From positions 18,662,001-18,726,000 of the forward strand of contig JANJGN010000008.1 of assembly GCA_026770705.1 (NCBI GenBank): a stretch of DNA of 64,000 nt, written 5' to 3'. The translations under genes and the position numbers were made by a program. Source of the DNA: Isurus oxyrinchus. Its lineage: Eukaryota. Each line of letters starts with the position of its first letter. Within the stretch, counting starts at the first letter, position 1. Below are positions 23,801-38,800 of this stretch, piece by piece. The notes beneath the pieces were generated by a model that made no database searches, was not told the DNA's origin, and was given only the letters and a program-made list of their open reading frames with translations.

Positions 23801-26800
23801 TTCCAAATATTTAAGCAGAATTAAAGCCAAGTCTAACTCCTGGTAAACATTGTACTGAACCCCCAAACATCCTACCTTCTGACTCCCCACCTCCCCTGCA
23901 ATTGTAAGATCACCCTCTCTGGTCTAGAAGTTCTTGTCTCTACTGTTGATATCAATGATACACAACAACTGGGGATACTGTTTCACTCAATGTGAAACAC
24001 CTTTATTAAATCTCTAAGCTATAATACACACTCACAATGATACTGGTTACTTAGGAATCCCATGTCCTCGGGTCCATCTCATGTGGCCAGTCCTTCAACA
24101 GATCTTGCAGGGTGACTTTGGAATGTCTGACTAGGCCTCTCTACCGACTGTAGTAACAAGGTCCTTGAGGGCTGTGTCTTTATATACCTTTCAGACCCTG
24201 GGCCTTGGCATATAAGTCAATTCCTTTAATCAGACTGTCCAATTGGATTATTAATCCCACCCTGGCCATCCATGACCACCCCTACATGGTCATATCCCAC
24301 TCTCAGCAGGTGCAGGGGGTCTCTCCATGCGAACAATGGGTGTAATCACTATAACCTGGGGCAGGAAGAAGGCCATTCACACTTTCTGATTGGGCATCGT
24401 CTAGTTCAGTTTCTGTAGGTGAAGTGTCTATGGCAAACCACCACCTCAGTGACCTGCCTTGATATGTCTGTGTCTGTTTAGTTGAAACTGTTTTTAATTT
24501 TAATGGTCAATATGAGCATCAGCGATGTCTCCGTCAGAATTCTCCCTCCGTAGCTCCACCTTCTCCCACCATGAAACAATCTCTGCCCACAGGTCTCCAC
24601 CATAACCAGTTTACATTCATTAATATGAAAGAAATGAAAGCGGTCACATGATTAAAAATGATTAATAAAATACAATTAAATGATTAATTGGCTTACACAA
24701 CTCCCTCTCAACATCTCGACCACCCCTCCTGAACAGCCCCTCTCAATCAGCCGAACCCCCGCCCACTGGGTGGTCCTACTGTAATGGTGTGGGCACGTTG
24801 AGTACAGGGTAGGACTGGTGCCTTCTCCGTGACAGATATTATGGGTAATACATTTCCAGCACATCCAGTGAGTTGCCAGCACCTGTTGATTTTGTTGGGC
24901 TTCCCTAAATACCATTCCAAACTATGTAAGCTTGGCTTGATGGGCCGAATAGCCTCTGTGTGTTACAATCCCCATGGAGACAAACAATGTGAAAGAATCG
25001 AACTTCCCAAATGATCTTAAATGCAAGAAAGCAATGGACAAGTTTTCACTTTTTAAAAACTTTGAGTGTAAAATAAAACCAAAATATATTAGTCATGAAT
25101 GAAGAGACAAGTTGTATTCATTAGCCATTTTAAATTGCACTTTAAATAGCCAATAAAACAAGGATAGATTGCAAAAATGTCCTGGCAGTTCCCCCCGAAT
25201 GTTTGGCACCATGTGCAGAATCCAAAGTCCCTCATAATTCTGGTTTCCTCAAGTAGGGTTTAACTCCTTTCCCTCATGCAGTGTTTAATCACGTAGCCTC
25301 TGACAACAGCCTTACTCCATCCCAGTTCTGAGTATACAGTTATCACCAAAAAGGCACATTTCAGCTCATGACAGTCCTGATGGCGTAAATTCCCCAGAGT
25401 CACCTTCACCCGGCCACTCCAACACTCCAGGAAATGATACAGCCAGCGCTGGTAAAACTTGTAACAATGGCAGTATCTTTCATTCACTACACTGGCTGCC
25501 AAAATCTAGACTTCAGTTTTTCTTTCTATTTTAGCTACAGTAATTCCTCACTAAATTTAGGTAGGAAACAATAATTCTTTGCCAAACCAAAATTGAGGGG
25601 AGTTCGTTCTGAGACAGCCTCACTTCTCCTCAGCAACTCAAGTTTGTGTAATCAGAACTCATGCTCCATTTGAAGCTTTTTGCTCTTGCTTCCTCTTTCC
25701 CTTCAAGTATGTCACCTCTTTCTGTATCTCTTTGATCATCTTTTTCCTCCCGTGCTGATTTCTCCCTCTCTCAGTCAATCTTTCTTAGTTCTATTCCTTT
25801 TTCAATTCTGGTCAGCTGTACTCAATCTTTAAAGGAAACAATCCTTCCTTGGGCCCCAAGTGCCTGAACAATTCTTCAAGGATCCTGCCCCTGTTAGCTC
25901 CTGATCTTATGTTCATTCTCATGTGCTCTGCTACAGCCTCGAAATGGTCTTTTCTCAAGTGTTTTCAGTCTCTGACAGTTAGACAAGGCTTGAACCTCAA
26001 TGGTGAATTTTCCAATAGAATATAGCAAAAGCAAATGTGAAGTCTTGTTTGTTTAAATGCTGGAAAGTTCCAGTGAATCCCTTTTACAGTCACTGGGTTT
26101 AATTACCGACTTGAGCCCAATTTTCTTACAATCCTGGTGGGGAACCAAAACAACCAAATGTGTCAAATGCCTTCTAAAGAAGAAACTACCAACAAGATTT
26201 CACTTTTTATAACTTTAACACAAATCAGAATCAACATGAATTAAACATGAATGTGTACCATAATAATCACTCTATGACTCCAGGAATGGTAATTGTGCTG
26301 GTGGATGGGGACCGTGAATTGTCATCCCCACTGTGTTGTTCTACTGGTAAGATGCACTTGTGTTTAATCTGGCCAGACCCTTTAATGCAGGAAGGTACAA
26401 GTGCTGATGATGAGCACATCCAAAGATCAGTTAGAACCTAATCACTGGATTGTAAATGCCACTAATTACAATAAATCTTATTGATCTGTCTTTCACAGCT
26501 GAAGCAAGTCCACAGTGGGCTCTGGTGGGCAGTGACATCACTCTCAGTTGTACCATCTCCAGACTCTCAGATACAGTCAGTCTTCACTGGAAACAGAGAG
26601 ACTCATCTCAGCAGAACAGGAGGAAAACTGATCAGATCCGACTAAATGACACAGCCTATCTGATGGTCAAACATGTTACAGTAGAGGATGGGAACTTGTA
26701 TGAGTGTGAAGTGAAGGAAAATGGATCCAATGTTATCACAGGAAATGCAGATATTTCTGTGTCCCAATGTAAGTGCAGTTTCCTCATAGGGGATATTCAG

Positions 26801-29800
26801 AGCTACTAACATAAAACTAGGACAGAGAAACGTAGTCATACATGTGAATCTTGAGCACTTCATACTAACAGTCACAATATGGGGTTCTGATATACATATC
26901 AACATTAAACAAAAAACTGACCTCTCTCCCCTCAATACCACTTCTAGTCAAGTGCTGCTGCTACTTGGTGATTCCAGTTGGTGCAGGTGGTAGGTTTCAA
27001 ATAAACATTGAGTTGGGAACAGAACTAAGGGAAGAGGGAAGGACAGGGAAACAATGAATGGGAAGGGGAAGGATGGAAGTGATAGGAATGTAGAGTAGTA
27101 ATGGTGGACAGAGGGCATGGCAGGGACTGGGATTGGAGCTCTGGGAGTGGACAAGGGGAAAAGATGCGAGTGACAGTGAACAGAGGATCAGAGCTTGTAT
27201 TTACACAACGTACAGAAACAATCCAGGTAACTGAATGGGGAACCAATGACCAGCTACAGACAGAAAAGTCGAGTTTGGGGAATGAGGACATAAGCGATAT
27301 TTGCTTTTCTTGTCTCTCACCTTATTGAGACTGGAATTTTCAAAGTAAGTGAGGCAGTTCAACAGCAGAAGGTAGAAAATCTGAATTGCAGCATGTGTTT
27401 TATAAATGGTGATGCGCTGTTTAATAAAACTAGCAAATTCTTTCAGTCACAGAGCGACTTGAAGAGAGAAAAGATTTTCTTCACTAAAGAGAGAGGAAGT
27501 GGATCTCAGAATTAGTAAGAATGTTCAGAAAGGCGAGTGAAAGCTTAGAGAAAGAGAGAGGCTTTCATCCACGCGAAGACAAAGGAGGAGGTGGAGAAAG
27601 TCAAGAAGGGAGAACTGGAAGTTAGACTGAAGGAAACAGAAGATTTTGATACCAGTTGTGGAATAGAGGGAGGGGACAATGAGAGAACGACAGGGAATGT
27701 GAAGGAGATCATCCTGCAGGAAATTGCAGAGTTAAATTGGGATGAGTCTGTGGAGTGATTTGTTGATGATGTTGAAGATTTCTGATTTAATGCATTGAGA
27801 GACAGTGTCTGTTAGTGAGGATGTTCGAGGAGGATTTAGTGTGGGTTAGAATATGGACAGATAGCATGTGCAAAGTCATCTTTGTGAGATGTTAAAGGTG
27901 CTGCTAATTTATTATTCCCCATTCATGATTGCTCCCTGGACAATAAGTGAAGGATTCCCAACCTTCCAATTTTGCCAGCTGGCACGTGTATTGCTGGAGC
28001 AAATAAATTGACTTTGGGTTAGTCTGGCTGAGGAAATTTGAAAGATGTGATAATAGAGAAATAAAAAATCATGCAGGAATTGCACAGGTATAAATCCTGT
28101 ACAAGATATTAAGTGTAACAGGAGACAGATGTTCACTGTGAAGACAGCAACTCAAGCAGCAGAAGCTGGATTGTTTATGTGGGTCAGGGGCATGGAACAG
28201 GTATCTGCCCATTTCATATTAGTGAGCGGAGAACTAGAGGCAGAATTTTGTCATGATATTCTGCATCGTGCTATTTCTGAATAATTATTACATACAAATG
28301 TGGACTGCACTTGCCTGAAGGGAACCATATTTGGGACATTGCAAAATTCTATGCAAACTGTAGCCCCATCAGCAGGACTCGATGTTGTTGGCAGAACCTC
28401 ATAATATTTGGGCATGTGATGTCATAGTGTCATTCATAGCGAAAAAAATGTTAAAACTCAAAAAGATTTTATGTTATTTTCAGAACAATCTATTGATTTT
28501 TCATTTTGAATTCAGCCAATTTACAATGTTTAAACAACTCTTATCTTTGACAATAGTGTTAGATGATCAAAGCACAAAACATTTTCACAAAGTTATGATT
28601 ACTCATTATTTTTACTGTTTTCTGTACCTCCACATTCAAAAATTCTAACATATTGCTCTCTGTGGCTCTATTACAGATTTATATGGGGAGAGTTACACTC
28701 TTTATCGATCAGGCACAGATCACAGTGAACTCTACCTGATTTGTTTTGTTAAGAGTAATTTTCACTCTGCTGCATGGATTTGGACGTCACATCATCTTCC
28801 AATTTTGGAGGCAACAATAGCATCTGTATCCAATTCCCAGGTCATTAAAGCAAACAGCGTGCACTTTGAGAATCGACTGGTCCCCACAGTGGCAAATTTT
28901 ACTGGTGCGAACTTCAGTATGAGGATTGTCCCTGTTCTGTTTGAAGATGCTGGAGTTTACAAATGTTCTCTGGGACCATATAAAATGGTGACCATTCAAC
29001 TAATCACAGTTAAAGGTAGGAGACAGAATGTTGCTGCTGTTTTCAATGATCAAGTCAGTGTTTAAAATGTAAGTTATTTTCTTGTTTACACAGTGACAGC
29101 TGAACCATCTGATGCGGTGACTGAGGGAGACACCGTTATCCTGACTTGCTCTGTTTCTGATGTCACTGAATCAATGAGACTTGTTTGGATCGATAGTGAT
29201 GGCAAAACTGTTGTAGAGAAGACATTGAATGGATGGAATAGGGAAGAGAAATCATTAAAACTGACTATTCTGAAAGCTGAGAGAGGCAGAGGGAAGTGGA
29301 TTTGTGTTTTGTTTCATCAAAACAAGCCCCAGGTTTCTGCCCCGTACTATCTGGAACCCAGCGGTAAGTGACTCAGGGTTTGCTCTTTATATTTTTGCAC
29401 TTGATAGAAAATTCTTGTAATTTATTGGTCTTATTGCCAGTAAAAAGTGAGCCTTTCTATCCTGCGGATGAGGGTCTACAGTGGTTCTGAGCATCAGAAA
29501 ATTTACCCTGAGGTCACTCAGCACAGCCTGGGATCAAACTTGGAAAATTCCTGCTTTGTGCACCTCAAATCTATTCTTGGTAAACTCACTGAGACAGAGG
29601 AAGCATTTATTTTTAACAGCAAAGTGGAGCCATTTTCAATAGTTTTCTGACCCACAGTCAATCAGAATTCTGAGGCTGAATGCCCAACATGATCACACCA
29701 GATGTTATTCACAGCTGCACACATTGAAATTGAAACTCTCCATTCCTCAGACACAGAGAATCTCTTCTTCTCTCTCTGCCTCAGCTGATCCTGGAAACAT

Positions 29801-32800
29801 CTGAACCTCATCACTCTCGTTCTAACTGAGCGGGGAGTTCTTTGTGAGTGTAACTCACTCCTGGACTTGAACACAAATATCATGCTTGACATGAGGGCTA
29901 CAACCAGTGGATCAGATCTAAGCTCTGCTTCCTGGAACATCCAGTTGTGAATGGTGGTGGACAATTAAACAACTCACTGGAGGAGGAGGCTTCACAAATA
30001 TCCCCATCTTCAATGATGGAGGTGCCCAGCACAGCGATGCAAAAGATAAAGCTGAAGCATTCGAAATGATCTTCAGCCACAAATGCCAAGTGGATGATCC
30101 ATCTAGGTCTCCTCCGGAGGTCCCCAGCATCACAAATGCCAGTCTTCAGCCAATGTGATTCACTCCACGTGATTACAAGAAACAGCTGACGGCACTGGAT
30201 ATTTCAAAGGCTGTGGGCACTGACAATACTCCTGCTATAGTACTGAAGACTTGTGCTCCAGAACTTGCCGCACCCCTAACCAAGCTGTTCTAGTACAGCT
30301 ACAACACTGGCATCTACCAGGTTATTTGGAAAATTGTCCCGGTTTGTCCTGTACACAAAAAGCAGGATAAATCCAACCCGGCCAATTACCGGCCCATCAG
30401 TCTACTCTCGATCATCATTAAGTTAATGGAAGGAGTCATTAACAGTGTTATCAAGTGGCACTTGCTTAGCAATAACCGACTCACTGACGCCCAATTTGGG
30501 TTCTGCCAGGGCCACTCAGCTCCTGACCGCCTTGGTTCAAACATGGACAAAAGAGCTGAACTCCCAAGGGGAGCTGAGTCTGACTGTCCTTGACATCAAA
30601 GCAGCATTTGACCGAGTGTGGCATCAAGGAGCCCCTATAAAACTGGAGTCAATGGGAATCAGGGGGAAACTCTTCACTATTGGAATCATACCTAGCACAA
30701 AGGAAGATGATTGAGGTTGCTGGAGGTCAATTATCTTAGTTCCAAGACATCACAGCAGGAGTTCCTCAGGATAGTGTCCTGGGCTGAACCATCTTCAGCC
30801 GCTTCATCAATGACCTTGCTTCCATCATAAGGTCAGAAGTGGGGATGTTCGCTGATGATTGCACAATGCTCAGCACTATTGGTGACTCCTCAGATACGGA
30901 AGCAGTCCATTTCCAAACGCAGAAAGTCCTGGGCAATACCGAGGCTTGGGCTGACAACTGGCAAGTAACATTCATAACATACAAGTGTCAGGCAATGACC
31001 ATCTCCAACAATAGAGAATCCTACCATCACCCATTGATTTTCAATGGTAATACCATCACTGAATCCCCCACTATCAATATCCTGGGGGTTACCATTGACC
31101 ACAAACTGGACTGGATTAGCCAAATGAATACTGTAGCTACAAAAGCAGGTCAGAGGCTAGGAATCATACGTTGAGTAACTAATCTCCTAACTCCCCAAAG
31201 CCTGTCCACCATCTACAAGGTACAAGTCAGGAGTGTGATGGTACACCCCACTTGCCTGGATGAGTGCAGCTCCCACAACACTGAAGGAGATGGACACCAT
31301 CCACCGCAAAGCAGTCCACTTGATTGGCACCTCATCCACAAACACTCACTCCCTCCACCACCGACACACAGGAGCAGCAGTGTGTACCATCTACAAGATG
31401 CACTGCAGGAATTCACCAAGACTCCTTTGACAGCACCTTCCAAACCCATGACCACTAACACCTAGGAGGACAAGGGCAGCAGGTAGATGGGAACACCACC
31501 ACCTGGAGGTTCCCCTCCAAGTCACTCACCATCTTGACTTGGAAATATATTGCCGTTCCTTTACTGTTGCTGGGTCAATATCCTGGAGCTCCCTTCCTAA
31601 CAGCACTGTGAGTGTACCTACACCACATAGACTGCAGCAGTTCAAGAAGGCAGCTCACCACCACCTTCTCAAGGGCAACCAGGGTTTGGGCAATAATTGC
31701 TGGCCCAGCTGGCGAGGCCTATATCCCATGACTGAATTAAAAAAAAGGTCATTTAAGAAGCAGCTGAAGATGGTGGGGCCGAGCACGACCCTGAGGAATT
31801 CCTGCAGTGATGTTCGGGAACTGAGATGATGAACAACCACAACCAGCTTCCTTTGTGCGAGTTATGACTCCAACGAGCAGAAAGTTTTCCCTCCAATTAC
31901 CATTTACTCAAGTTTTGCTAGGGCTCCTTGCTGCCATAATTGGTCAAATGCTGCCTTGGTATCAAGGGCAATCACTCTCACCTCAGCTCTGAAGCTCAGC
32001 TCTTTTGTCCAGGTTTGAACAAAGTCTGTAATGATGTCCGGATTTGAGCAGCACTGGCGGAACCCAAAATGAGTGTTAATGAGTAGGTTATTGGTAAGCA
32101 AGTACCGCTTAATAGCAGTCTTGATGTCCCCGTCCATCACTTTGTTGATGTTGAAGAGTAGGCTGATGGTGTGGAAATTGGCCATTGGATCTGTCCTGCT
32201 TTTTGTGTACAGGACATACTTGGCCAATTTTCCACGTTGCCAGATAGATATCAGAGTTGTAGCTATACTGAAACAGCTTGGCTAGGGGCACAGCAAATTC
32301 TGGAGCACAAGTCTTCAGTACTATTGCCTGAATACTGTCAGGGCCCAATGACTTTGTACTATCCTGTGCTTTCAGCTGTTTCTTGATATCACATGGAGTG
32401 AATTGAATTGGCCAACGACTTGCTCCGTGATGCTGGGGATCTCTGGCAGAGGCCAAAATGGATCATCCACTCTGCACTTCGGGTTGAAGATGTTTGCAAA
32501 TACTTCAGCCTTATCTTTTGCACTGATGTGCTGGTCTCCTCCATCGTTGAGGATGGGGATAATTGTGGAGGCTCCTCCTCCTCCCGTGAGTTGTTAATCC
32601 ACCATTCATGACTGGATGTGGCAGGACTGCAGAGGTTAGATCTGATCCATTGGTTGTAGAATTCCTTAGCTGTCCATCACTTGCTGCTTATGTTCTTTGG
32701 CACGTAAGTATTCCTTGTTGTAGCTTCACCAGGTTGACACCTCATTTTTTGGTATGTCTTCTGCTGCTCCTAGGATGCCTCCTGCACTCTTCGTTGAACC

Positions 32801-35800
32801 AGTGTTGATTCCCTGGCTTGGCGGTAATGGCAGAGTGGGGATATGCCGGGCTGTGAGGTTACAGATTGTGGTTGTGTATAATTCTGCTGCTGCTAATGGC
32901 TCACAGTACCTCATTGATGCTCAGTCTTGAGCTGCTAGATCTGTTTGAAATCTATCTCATTTAGCACAGTGGTAGTGACGCACAACCCAATGTAACGTAC
33001 CCTCAAAATGAAGACAGGACCTCCTCTCCACAAGGACTGTGCAGTGGTCACTCAAACTGATACTTTCATGGACAGATGCATCTGCAGCAAGCAGGTTGGT
33101 GAAGATGATGTCAAATATATTTTTCCCTCGTTGGTTCCCTCACCATCTGCAGCAGCCCCAGTCTAGTCGCTATATCCTTCCAGACTCAGCCAGCTCGGTC
33201 TGTATGTTGCTGCCGAGCCACTCACAGAGTGCATTTTGTGCCCTTGCCACTCTCAGTGCTTCCTCCAAGCGGTGTTCAACATGGACTGATTCATCAGTTG
33301 AGGGAGGGATGGTACATGGTATGCAACAGGAGGTTCCTTGCCCTCATACAATAAGACTTCATGGAAGTCAGGAGTCAATGCTGAGGACTCCCAGGGCAAC
33401 ACCCTCTGACTGTTGCCGCCAACTCTGCTGGATTTGTCCTGCCGGTGGGACAAGACATATCAAGGGATGGTGATGGTGGTGTCTGGTATCTTACCTCTAA
33501 GGTATGATTGCATGAGTATGAATGGGGCCTAACCAGCATTTTATATAGTTTCAGCATTACATTCCTGCTTTTGTATTCCATACCTCATCTAGAAAAGAAA
33601 GCATTCCACATGGCTTCTGTTATCATGCAGCAGATGATATGTGCCAGGTGGATCAAATCCACGAATGAAACTTGATTGCGCTGTCACAACCTTTTTGCAA
33701 TTTGTATTTATTTTGCGACACGTGCACTGAGTTCAGAAGTAATAATCCACCAAGATTTGAGAGATTTTTTTTAAACTAAAATTAATATATTTATTAACAA
33801 AAGAGAAGATTTGAAGCACATACATGGAACTACAAATTACTGCTATAACAACTCCTGCTTAGCTACAAAATATAACTAAATCACATACAGAGACAGAAGA
33901 ACACAAACTCTCATAAATCCACTTTACAATGAACTAGAAAAGTTATGAAAATTATTAGACTCTCATTGCACTTCTTTACTGTTGTGAAACCTTCAGGGAC
34001 CTGTGAACATGCACTTCAAGGTCTCTCACTTCCTCAACCCCTCTCAATAATTTCCCATTTATTGTGTATTCTCTTGCTTTGTTTCTCATCCCAAAATGCA
34101 TTACCTCACACTTCTCTGGATTGAATTCCATTTGCCACTTTTCCACCCACTCAATCAAACCATGAATATCATTTTGAAATCCACAGCTATCCTCTACAGT
34201 GTCAAATACGCAACTGATTTTTGTGTCATCTGCAAATTTCCCAAACATGCCTCCCACATTTAGGTCCAAACCACTAATATATAACACAAACAGCAAGGGC
34301 CCCAACACTGAGTCCTGTGGAATGTCACTGGAAACCTGTTTCCATTCACAAAAACACCTGTCAATTGTTTCCCTTTGATTCCTGTCATTGAGCCAATTTT
34401 GGATCCAACTTGCCACATCCCCCTGTATCCCATGGGCTTTTACTTTTCTGACTAGACTGATTCAATGAAAGAAAGGTCTTGCATTTATATAGCACCTTTC
34501 ACATCCACAAGGCATCCCAATGTACTTCACAGCCAATGAACTGCTTTTGAAGTACAGTTACTAGTGTGTGTGATGAAATGTAGCAGTCAATTTGTACAGT
34601 CAGGTCTCACAAACATCAGTATGACAAATGGCCAGTTAGTCTATTTTGAAGTTAAGAGTAAAATATTGGCCTGGCCAGCAGGGAGAACTCCCCTGTTCTT
34701 CTTCAAATTGTGCCATGAGATCTCTTACGTCCACCTCTGACAGTGCAGCACTCCCCCCTGTACTGCACTGGAGTGTCGGCCTTGATTATGTGCTCAAGTC
34801 GGCCTTGATTATGTGCTCAGTGAGTCGGCATTTGCAATCTGGCTTCCCGGCTGGTGGATAAAAGTATATTTGTAAGCAGCTAGGATCAGTGCCCACCTTT
34901 GGATGCGTGCAGAAGCAATTGGGGATATTGCCTTATCTTCCCAAACAAGCCTAGTAATGGCTTGTGATCAGATACAATGGTGAAGTGGCAACCATGGATG
35001 CATTGGTGGGACATCTTAATGCCAAATATGATGGATACTCAATTTACGAGTATCTTCATTCTGCAATGCTGAGTCAAATTTGAGACGTAACCAATGGGCC
35101 GTTTGGAGCCATCCACCATCTGGTGGGAGAGTGATGCCCGTATTCCGCAAGAGGATGTGTTTTAGGTGAAAATGATTTCTTTCCTTTGGTTGAAATGTAC
35201 CATCAGGGCCGATGAATGTAGTCACTGCTTTACTGTCGTAGAAGCCTGTCGTTGTGGAGCTTGCCAAGTGCACCTGTGGTTTTTCTTGAGTAAACTATAT
35301 AGTGGAGCCAGTACTGCTGACAAATTTGGGAGAAAACGGCCACAATAGATAATCATTTCCAAGCAGAACTCGAGTTCTATGGTGTTTTTTGGTGTTGGCG
35401 CTTCCCGAGTAGCTCTCACCTGGTCTCCTACTGGGCGAAGGCCCTGCCCAGGGAAACCACTTTTTTTTGCTTGATGATTGCACATTGTTCGGAAATATAC
35501 ATTACTTAAGTAACTTATACATGTATTTAAGTGTATTATGGATAACGTCCATCTTTAAGTTTGACTTTTAGCTTCAATGTTTAAGCCATCCTTCTATCTG
35601 TGGGTTAAAATGTGAAACCTGGGATCAAGTTTCATTTTTCAGTGGAGACAGCAGGTCTAAAGCTCTGTTTATATACCTGCACTTCTAGTGAGATTTTTAT
35701 GACTTGTGAAGGAGAGTTAAAGGCAACAAGAATGGAGAAAAAAACTGTGTCATTGCCTAGCAACAGTTGTCCAGAGATGGAAGCCCTCCCACACAGACAG

Positions 35801-38800
35801 AGAAAGCAAAAGTTTAATTTCAATTGGTCATTATGCTGTAAATTGAACGGAGAACTTTAAGTCTCTCTCTGGCTGACATACCAGCAGACGGCTAAGGGAA
35901 ATAAATCTAAGAATCTGAGATGCGTTTCTCTAAAGTTAAAGTAATGAATGTCAACTCATTAACTGAATCCTGGAAACTTGGTGTCACAAGGAAGTCACCA
36001 CTGTCTGCAACTCTCCGTATCCTTTTTGACTGAAGGATGTTGATGAAATACAAAGGATGCTGTCCAGTATGAGTGCTCAACGTGCTTCCTGCTGGTTTAG
36101 TTCTTTTATGGTATAAATATTGGAACAACGCTGAAGAATTTTAAATTTATTGGAGTCACTCCAGCTTCTCTCAAGGTAAAGGTAGCTGCTGCAATGTAGT
36201 GAGGATAGATCTCCCCTTAATTGGGATAGAGGCATCTTGATGACTCAGTAGCTTTCTACTCAGGGATTTAAGTTAAATATTACTTCAAATATGGATGGAT
36301 ATCTTAAATATCTCACTGAAGCATTAACAAGTCTTGGATTCTCACTATTAGGAATGGGATTATATTAGCTGTCCTAGAACGAGTAATGTTGTGATTGAAT
36401 AGTCATTCAACATGAATTGCATGTTCTATTCTTTTATTAACTTTTATATAATTTAGAAAATATACTGTTTCACATAGTCTTCTGTGTCCAAACTCAGAAA
36501 GCTTTCTCCATATACACTTCAGTGGAGAGGTTGAGGGGGGATGCCCGGATCCTTATAATACCTGAGTTATTGTATTCTAGCTAAAACTTGTTAAAATGGT
36601 TATCTGGAGGATGGTAATATGCTCTGGTGTTTCCATTCCATCAGGGAGAGTTAAATCAGTGTTTCAGACCTATTTAAGTCTCTGTTTGGCCTGTCTTACC
36701 CTACTTTGAGTGAGAGTGTTTATCCAGGAAGTACACCTGATCTGAAATGGTTACATAAAGGGCTAGGATTATAATTCACTTCAGCGGCTCCCCCATCCCT
36801 TGCCATCCCACCACCCCCATCTATATAATCCCCTCGAGCCCCACAACTGCCTGAGCGCTCATCTGATTCTGGCTTCTTGAGCATCCCTGATTTTAAGTGA
36901 GATAAAAACAGAAAGAGCTGTAAAATTCCAGCAGTTCTAGCAGCATCTGTGGAGAGAGAAACAGAGTTAACATTTTGAGACTGATATGAGGCTTCTTCAG
37001 AAATGGAGAGACCAATTTTAACTGCTTCATCATTGGTGGACGTTTCTTCAGCTTCTGAGGCCCCATGTTCTGGAACCTTCTCCCAACACCACTGCCTCTT
37101 TACCCACTTCCTTCTTTTAAGACGCTCTATAAAATCTCTCTCTTTGTCTAAGCTTTTGCCCATGTGCCCTGATATCTCTTCATGTCACTCAGTTTCAAAT
37201 TTTGTTTGATACCACTCCTGTGAAGCACTTTAGGGCATGTTGACATGTTTATGGTCCTGCATAAGTTCAAGGTGTTGCTGAGATTTTTCTCGTTTAATTC
37301 TGTTATATCTTTTTCCACTCTTTGTAACTGTCTTGGAATTTTTTTCATTCAAATTGCTATGGAAATGTGAGTGTTTCTTTTGTTTAAAGGGTTGATGACT
37401 GGGAGCAAGTCTGAGAAACCACAATCCATTATAATAACTGTTTCTTTGGGACAACGACCTTCATTCTTTCAGCTACACAGCACATTATCCTGGTGTGTAT
37501 GTGTTATATCACATCTGAGCTGAATCATAAATAACAACTTATTGAAAACAAATTGTCTACAGGATTAACAGTTACACAAATTGGAATTAAAATTTGCTTT
37601 CTGATTTTGAAATATTTATTCCCTTTCCTTGCAGGAAGTCAGAATAATATTTATTTTTTCCATGAGGAAGGTTTCTTTGTATTGAAAGGACCAGACAATC
37701 CTGGAAATGGCTCCATTGTCTGGGAATGGGGACCACATTCTGGGAACCAAACTACAAAACAATTGGGAATTTTTCACAAAGATGATCAGCGGTGGGCTGT
37801 ACAATGGAGTGATGAGTACATTAATAAACCAGACATTTCTCAGGGGCTCCATGAGGTCTGGGGCACCCTTAATCTGAGAATCAGAAACCCCATGTTTAAC
37901 CTTGCGGGAATGTTCACCTGGAGCCAGTCACAGCCCAGGAAGAAAATCCTGAAACAGTATGAAGTATTTGGGATCAAAGGTAAGTTGAACAAGGAATAGA
38001 ATGGGTTCAAATTGTGTTTTTCTGTGAGTAATTCCAATAATATTCTGAACACAATGTTGGGATCATGTCATTTTGCTCCAGTTCTATCACAAGAACAACA
38101 ACCTATAATTACATAGCACCCTTAATGTGCATAAACCATCACAGCATGCTTCACAGGAGCATTGAGCTACATAAGGTGATATTTGGCCAGACAATCAAAA
38201 CCTTGGTCAAAGAGACAGGTTTTAAGGAGTGTCTTAAAGGAAGAAAGCAAGAGGTTTAGAGTTGAGAGTCATAGGCCAGGACTTAGTTCCTGTGAATGGT
38301 TCTGCCCTGCAGTTGGATGACCAGTGGGAGTCCCGCATCACTCCTGTGGGGGAGGACCGAGGCAAGTAAGTGCTCATTTGGCACTTAATTGGTAAGCATC
38401 GGGCCTTCCACTGGATTTAGGAGCCCAGGGATGGAAATACCACCCGTAACCTAACTGCACTCCAGAGAGTAATGCTTCCTGGGACTTCTCAAGGATCAGT
38501 ATTGGATTCCTGAACACCTGAGTGCAGGAGGGATGGGGGTCGTGGGGTGAAGGTTGCCTGAAGGGTGGGCAGGGACGATCAGAGGCAAAAGCAGAAAGTG
38601 TGGCATTTGGTGCACCCCACCCCCGCTCCCCCCACCCTGCTTCATGATGCCAGGTTCCTCAATCAGGCATAGGGTGTCTGACAACGAATCCCCCAATGAA
38701 GTCACACGCAAACCCAACATTATTGGTATTAACATGAGCATTTGTTCACCGATTAGAGAGCTGCCATTGATTTCTGGTGGGTTTAGGATCATTGGCTTCA

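Noticed and set aside
37244-37372. Hydrophobic stretch followed by GTGAGT as a possible second leader exon for D5 (two-gene model)
   Set aside because: The open frame meets the donor in phase 2, incompatible with the phase-1 D5 acceptor. It overlaps an L2 3' remnant, and no TM exon was found after D4.
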